The translations under genes and the position numbers were made by a program. Positions 59,145 to 64,000 of a stretch of 64,000 nucleotides of DNA are shown piece after piece (positions within the stretch are counted from its first letter, which is position 1; every line of letters begins with the position of its first letter). The stretch is from Acidimicrobiia bacterium (GTDB lineage: Bacteria > Actinomycetota > Acidimicrobiia > Spongiisociales > UBA5794), in NCBI GenBank assembly GCA_027036355.1, contig JALVQZ010000250.1, positions 3,596-67,595 on the forward strand. The letters run 5' to 3'. A model generated the notes under the pieces. That model did no database searches. It saw only the letters and a list, made by a program, of their open reading frames with translations, and had not been told where the DNA came from.

Positions 59145-59563
59145 GTTGGCGCTCCTTGCTCGTATCGGCCGATGAAGTCGGCGATGGATGTGTGTGTGCG
59201 TCTCAGCGCCTCCACCCAGGCGTCGAGGAGGTCTCGACCCTCGGGGGTCAGCTCGTAGGTCCGTTTCGATCGTCCGGGGAGATCGTGGCGCCACTGGCTG
59301 GTCACGATCCCCTCCGCCTCGAGCGACCGGAGGAGCCGGTAGAGGTTGCCGATGTCGACGCCGTCTCCCGCCAAGCCGGTGTAGAGGCGCTCGAGCAGGT
59401 CGTAGCCGTGGGTGGGCCCGTTGCGGATCGCCAGGAGCAGCTCCGGCTCGATCGAACGGGCCACCCTGGCGTCGACCTGCCATGTCCCATCGGGAGCCTT
59501 CCGCCGGAAGCGGCTGGATCGGGGACCGCGGCGTCGTCCTGGGTGGTGTCCACGCTGATGCAT
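59141..59563 (-). CDS. PadR-family transcriptional regulator
   Basis: LLLAIRNGPTHGYDLLERLYTGLAGDGVDIGNLYRLLRSLEAEGIVTSQWRHDLPGRSKRTYELTPEGRDLL is a canonical PadR wHTH. The start is ATG 59563 or 59578. Confidence 0.7.
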   Translation of the reverse strand: MHQRGHHPGRRRGPRSSRFRRKAPDGTWQVDARVARSIEPELLLAIRNGPTHGYDLLERLYTGLAGDGVDIGNLYRLLRSLEAEGIVTSQWRHDLPGRSKRTYELTPEGRDLLDAWVEALRRTHTSIADFIGRYEQGAPT

Positions 59564-59606
59564 GTCGATAGCATACATGTGTGTCACATATATGTGAACG
59601 ACATCC
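59561..59606. promoter_or_regulatory. AT-rich palindromic operator-like element (perfect 12-bp palindrome CACATATATGTG at 59585-59596) in the divergent PadR / FAD-oxidoreductase promoter region
   Basis: catgtcgatagcatacatgtgtgtcacatatatgtgaacgacat is a sharp drop in GC within a 70% GC genome and contains nested inverted repeats. Confidence 0.4.
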
Positions 59607-59667
59607 TTTCGCCCGGCGGCGGGAGCCGAGGATCGAGGGCGCTGCGGGCGGCGGTAACGTACGGGGC

Positions 59668-61041
59668 ATGGAGACGCATCCGACGAGCCTGTGGGAGGCC
59701 ACCGCCGGAGACCGGCCACGGCGCCCGGCCGTCGCCGGCGACATCGCGGTGGACGTCGCCATCGTCGGTGGCGGCTACACCGGTCTGTGGACGGCCTATG
59801 CCCTCAAGACCACCGACCCCGCGCTCCGGGTGGCGCTCATCGAGGCCGAGCAGGTCGGGTTCGGCGCCTCGGGACGCAACGGCGGCTGGGTCTCGGGCAA
59901 GCTGTCGGGGCTCGATATGCTGCTCGCCGACCCCCGGGGACGTACCTCGGCCATCCGGCTGCAACGGGAGATGATCGACACCGTCTCCCGCATCGGCGAC
60001 GTCATCTACGAGGAAGGCATCGACTGCGGATGGGCCCATGGCGGCACGATCGTCGCCGCCACCCGACCCCCGCACGTCGACCGGCTCAAGGAGACCATCG
60101 AGCTCCGTCATGCCGTCGGCTTCGGCGAGGACGACTACCGATGGCTCGACGCCGCCGAAGCGCAAGAGCGACTCCACACCTCGCGGAGCTACGGCGCGTC
60201 GTACACGCCGCACTGCGCCGCGGTCGATCCTCTGCGACTCGCCCGCGGTCTGGCCGATGCCATCGACCGCCTCGGCGTGGACGTCTACGAATCGACCCCG
60301 GCTCGTCGGATCGATCCGGGCATGGTCAGGACCGACCATGGCGACGTCCGGGCCGAGGTCGTCGTCCGCGCGACCGAGGCGTACACGGCCCGGTTCCCGG
60401 AGCTGCGACGCGACATCGTGCCCGTCTACTCGCTGATGATCTCCACCCCTCCGCTCGACCCGGCCACCTGGTCGCAGCTCGGGCTGCAGCGACGCGAGAC
60501 GTTCTCCGACGGCAGGAAGCAGGTGATCTACGGCCAGCGGACCGACGACGGCCGGCTGGCCTTCGGCGGTCGGGGAGCCCCGTACCACTTCGGGTCGCGG
60601 ATCCGGCCCTCCTACGACTCGGAACCCGCGGTCTTCGAAGGCCTGCGGGAGGCCCTCGTCGATCTCTTCCCGGTCCTCGAAGGCGTCGAGATCGACCACC
60701 GCTGGGGCGGTCCACTGGCGGTCACCAGGGATTGGCTGCCCACGGTCACCTTCGATCGTGACACGAAGATCGGATGGGCCGGGGGCTACGCCGGTCAAGG
60801 GGTGGCGACGGCGAACCTGGCCGGGAGGATCATGTCCGACCTCATCCTCGGGCGGGACACCGACATCACCTCGCTCCCGATCGTGGGGCATCGGTCCCGG
60901 CGCTGGGAACCCGAGCCGCTGCGCTGGCTCGGGATCAACCTCGGGCTGGCGATGAGCAAGCACGTCGACCGTTCCGAGGACCGGACGGGCCAGGCCCCGC
61001 GCCGCCGCAGCGCGGTGATGAAGCGGCTCATCGGCCTCTGA
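59668..61041 (+). CDS. FAD-dependent oxidoreductase (DAO family; glycine/D-amino-acid or gamma-glutamylputrescine oxidase-like)
   Basis: ATG 59668. VAIVGGGYTGLWTAYAL Rossmann dinucleotide motif. 457 aa. Confidence 0.75.
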   Translation: METHPTSLWEATAGDRPRRPAVAGDIAVDVAIVGGGYTGLWTAYALKTTDPALRVALIEAEQVGFGASGRNGGWVSGKLSGLDMLLADPRGRTSAIRLQREMIDTVSRIGDVIYEEGIDCGWAHGGTIVAATRPPHVDRLKETIELRHAVGFGEDDYRWLDAAEAQERLHTSRSYGASYTPHCAAVDPLRLARGLADAIDRLGVDVYESTPARRIDPGMVRTDHGDVRAEVVVRATEAYTARFPELRRDIVPVYSLMISTPPLDPATWSQLGLQRRETFSDGRKQVIYGQRTDDGRLAFGGRGAPYHFGSRIRPSYDSEPAVFEGLREALVDLFPVLEGVEIDHRWGGPLAVTRDWLPTVTFDRDTKIGWAGGYAGQGVATANLAGRIMSDLILGRDTDITSLPIVGHRSRRWEPEPLRWLGINLGLAMSKHVDRSEDRTGQAPRRRSAVMKRLIGL

Positions 61042-61130
61042 CGACCGGCCGCATCTCGGCCGGACGTGGTCCGTCGACCGCTTCCCGGGTGGACGTCGGA
61101 GGCGGCCGGCAGCCACTAGCGTCGACACCC

Positions 61131-63557
61131 ATGACGACCGACGCCTCCTCATCGTCAGATCCGAACACACCCGTGCCGTCGACCCCGTTCCCGGGGTTGT
61201 CGGCCGACGCGGTGGCCGAACGGCGACGTGCCGGCCTCGTCAACGGCAGCCCCTCGCGGGGCTCACGCTCGGTGGGGAGCATCCTCGCCGCCAACATCTT
61301 CACGCGCTTCAACGCCATCATCTCGGCGATGCTCGCCGTCGTGCTGACCTTCGGCAGGCTGCCGGACGCCCTCTTCGGTGGCGTCATGATCGTCAACGCC
61401 GCCATCGGCATCGTCCAGGAGCTCCGCGCCAAGATCACCCTGGATCGCCTGCGGCTCATCGTCACGCCGACCATCACGGTGGTCCGGGACGGTGAGGCGT
61501 CGGAGATCCCGGTCGACGAGATCGTCCTCGGCGACGTGATGATCCTCCGCCAGGGGGACCAGATCCCTGCGGACGGAGAGGTGCTCGCCGCCGACGGGCT
61601 CCAGGTCGACGAGTCCCTCGTCACCGGCGAAGCCGACCCGATCGACCGGCTCCCCGGAGACCCGGTGCTGTCCGGGTCGTTCGTCATCGCCGGCAACGCC
61701 TACGTCCGGACCACCGCCGTCGGTGAAGCCGCCTACGCCCGCCGTCTGGCGGCCGAAGCCCGGGAGTTCTCCCTCGCTCGAAGCGAGCTCCGCGACGGGA
61801 TCGACCGGATCCTCAGCTTCGTCACCTGGCTCATCCTGCCGACCGCCGCGCTGTTGGTGTGGAGCCAGCTCCAGACCGGACACGGTGTGCCCGCTGCAGC
61901 CGTGTCGACCGTCGCCGGGGTCGTCGGGATGGTCCCGCAGGGACTCGTGCTCCTCGTGTCGATGGCGTTCGCCGTGTCGGTGATCCGACTGGGCCGGCGG
62001 AACGCGCTCGTCCAGGAGCTCCCCGCGGTCGAGACCCTGGCCAGGGTCGATCTGGTCGCCGTCGACAAGACCGGCACGTTGACGACCGGGCAGATGAGCG
62101 TCGACGCGGTGGAGCCGATCGCCGTCGACCCGGTCGAGTTGCGATCGGCCCTGGCCGCGATCGCCGCCACCGAACCGCATCCGAACCCGACCCTGGCGGC
62201 TATCCGGCGCGCGTACCCCGACGACCCCGGATGGACGATCACGGGTCGGGTGCCGTTCTCGTCACATCGCAAGTACTCGGCGGTGGAGTTCGCCGAACAC
62301 GGCGTGTGGATCCTCGGTGCGCCGTCGAGCGTTGGCGCCGGGCTGTCCGAGGACCGTCACAGGAGGGTCGCCTATCTGGCGTCCACGGGCAGGCGGGTCC
62401 TCCTCGTCGCCAGGGCCGAACGGCTTCCGGATCCATCCGAGCCGCTGGACGGTGTGGTGCCGGTGGCGATCGTCTCGATCCTCGAGGAGGTGCGGGACGA
62501 CGCCGAGGCGACGATCGCCTACTTCCTCGAGCAGGGGGTTCGGGTCAAGGTGATCTCGGGGGACGACCCCGGAACGGTCGCGGCCATCGCCGCCAAGGTC
62601 GGGATCCCGGGCGCGCAGCGGGCCGTGGACGCACGGGAGCTTCCCGCGTCGGGAACCCCTCGGTATCGGGAGGCGGCCGATGGGTACGTCGTCTTCGGCC
62701 GGGTCGTTCCCGAGCAGAAACGGGACCTCGTCACCGCGTTCCAGGATGCGGGCCACGTGGTGGCGATGACCGGTGACGGCGTCAACGACGTTCCGTCGCT
62801 CAAACGGGCCGACATCGGCATCGCCATGGGCTCGGGATCGCCCGCGACCCGGGCGGTGGCTCAACTCATCCTCCTCGACGACCGGTTCGCGTCGCTGCCG
62901 GCGGTCGTGGCGGAAGGCAGGAGGGTGATCGCCAACATGGAACGGGTGGCGAAGCTGTTCCTGGCCAAGACGGTCTACGCCACCCTGCTGGCGATCGCCT
63001 TCGGGGTCGCGGTGCTGCCGTTCCCGCTGCTCCCGCGACATCTCACGCTGATCGGGACGCTGTCGATCGGGATCCCCGCGTTCGTTCTGTCCTTCGAGCC
63101 CTCCAAGGAGCCCGCTCGTTCGGGGTTCGTGGGTCGGGTGCTCCGGTTCGCGATCCCTGCGGGTCTGGTCGCGGGTCTGGTCGGGTTCGAGACCTTCGTG
63201 ATCGCCCGCAGCCCGTTCGTCGGGATGTCGCTCGAGTCCGCGCGTAGCGTCACCTCGATCACGCTCCTGGCGGTGGGTCTGGTGATCCTGCGCGAGCTGA
63301 TGGAGCCGCTCGACGTGTCACGCCGCCGCTTGCTCGTCGCCTTGGTGGTCGCCGCGGTCGCCGCCGTCGCGGTGCCGCCGGCCAGACGGTTCTTCGCGTT
63401 GGAGGTCCCCGACCTCGCCGGCTTGGCGATCGTCGCCGTCGGTGCGTTGACGTCGCTGGTCGCGCTCCATCTGGCGGTCATCGCGGTGGCCTGGATCGCG
63501 GATCGATGGTTCCCGGATCGGGCCGGACTCGAGCGCGAGGTCCTCAGGAGCGGCTGA
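61131..63557 (+). CDS. Cation-transporting P-type ATPase
   Basis: 808 aa. DKTGTLT phosphorylation site, TGDGVNDVPSLK hinge, and 8-10 TM helices. Ion specificity cannot be determined from the sequence. Confidence 0.85.
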   Translation: MTTDASSSSDPNTPVPSTPFPGLSADAVAERRRAGLVNGSPSRGSRSVGSILAANIFTRFNAIISAMLAVVLTFGRLPDALFGGVMIVNAAIGIVQELRAKITLDRLRLIVTPTITVVRDGEASEIPVDEIVLGDVMILRQGDQIPADGEVLAADGLQVDESLVTGEADPIDRLPGDPVLSGSFVIAGNAYVRTTAVGEAAYARRLAAEAREFSLARSELRDGIDRILSFVTWLILPTAALLVWSQLQTGHGVPAAAVSTVAGVVGMVPQGLVLLVSMAFAVSVIRLGRRNALVQELPAVETLARVDLVAVDKTGTLTTGQMSVDAVEPIAVDPVELRSALAAIAATEPHPNPTLAAIRRAYPDDPGWTITGRVPFSSHRKYSAVEFAEHGVWILGAPSSVGAGLSEDRHRRVAYLASTGRRVLLVARAERLPDPSEPLDGVVPVAIVSILEEVRDDAEATIAYFLEQGVRVKVISGDDPGTVAAIAAKVGIPGAQRAVDARELPASGTPRYREAADGYVVFGRVVPEQKRDLVTAFQDAGHVVAMTGDGVNDVPSLKRADIGIAMGSGSPATRAVAQLILLDDRFASLPAVVAEGRRVIANMERVAKLFLAKTVYATLLAIAFGVAVLPFPLLPRHLTLIGTLSIGIPAFVLSFEPSKEPARSGFVGRVLRFAIPAGLVAGLVGFETFVIARSPFVGMSLESARSVTSITLLAVGLVILRELMEPLDVSRRRLLVALVVAAVAAVAVPPARRFFALEVPDLAGLAIVAVGALTSLVALHLAVIAVAWIADRWFPDRAGLEREVLRSG

Positions 63558-63843
63558 TGCGGGCCGCCCGCTCGCGTTCGGAGAGGCGGAGGCGACGTTC
63601 GATGGCCTCCAGGGTCGAGTCACTCGCCGGGAGATCGAACGCCCCGGAGACCGCAGCGGCGAGGTCGGCGCGATAGTCGTGACCGTGGGCACGGAACTCG
63701 CCGGGGACGACGTCGGCGGCGTTCTTCGTGTCCACGGCGGTGAGCCAGAACGTCGCCGCGGGAGCCCAGCGTTCGCGGGCCGGCACCGCGGTCGGTCGAC
63801 CGTTCGCGCCGAGCCATGAGGGTCGGTGGGTGAGGAGCGACAC
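63544..63843 (-). CDS. Hypothetical protein (possibly the 3' part of a gene extending beyond the window)
   Basis: 99-aa ORF with moderate protein-like character. The alternative overlapping ORF 63620..63988 is Arg-rich. Confidence 0.2.
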   Translation of the reverse strand: MSLLTHRPSWLGANGRPTAVPARERWAPAATFWLTAVDTKNAADVVPGEFRAHGHDYRADLAAAVSGAFDLPASDSTLEAIERRLRLSERERAARISRS

Positions 63844-64000
63844 GTCGAAGCGGGTGACGGGATCCTCCGGATGTTCGAGGAACGAGTGGCGCCATCGCCG
63901 ACCCGATCGTCGGGCGGCTCGGATGGCGGCGCCGCTGGCGAAGCTGAGGGCGTAGGACGGACCGGCCTCCAGGGCTCGGTACCGCCACCTGCTGCGATAC

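Overview
This 64 kb window is a high-GC (about 70%) actinobacterial-type chromosome segment with dense, strongly GC3-biased coding. Many long Arg/Pro-rich ORFs in the six-frame track are shadow-frame artefacts and were not called.

The left 10.3 kb looks accessory. It has lower-GC patches (about 1-4000 and 9290-9400) and several defence- or regulator-like genes. These include a HEPN-like protein next to an HTH protein, an ECF sigma factor with a duplicated promoter/leader module, an IS256 transposase remnant, and an AbiEi/AbiEii-like nucleotidyltransferase pair. The region is punctuated by two identical 43-bp copies of a tRNA-Met 3' half, typical of tRNA-integrated island att scars. No intact tRNA or integrase is in the window.

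The rest encodes recognisable core functions:
- katG.
- Two SCO copper chaperones and PCu(A)C next to a ba3-type cytochrome oxidase operon (subunits I, II and IIa). The operon is preceded by an unusual 790-aa fusion of cytochrome b, 2x[4Fe-4S] ferredoxin, MvhD/FlpD and cytochrome c.
- A sulfurtransferase and an AhpD-like protein.
- surE.
- A frameshifted PrimPol-CHC2 primase gene.
- A split, apparently selenocysteine-containing (in-frame TGA) NAD-linked formate dehydrogenase, with a NuoE/F-fusion beta subunit and a separate NuoG-like Fe-S subunit.
- An MFS transporter.
- A PPC-repeat lipoprotein operon.
- A SARP/AfsR regulator.
- IS481 and IS30 transposase fragments.
- A 5'-nucleotidase, a gamma-carbonic anhydrase, PEP carboxylase (ppc), a PadR regulator with an AT-rich palindromic operator, an FAD oxidoreductase and a P-type ATPase.

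No rRNA, complete tRNA or CRISPR array was seen. Coordinates of minus-strand features follow the supplied ORF track; my own base counting occasionally differed from it by 1 nt.
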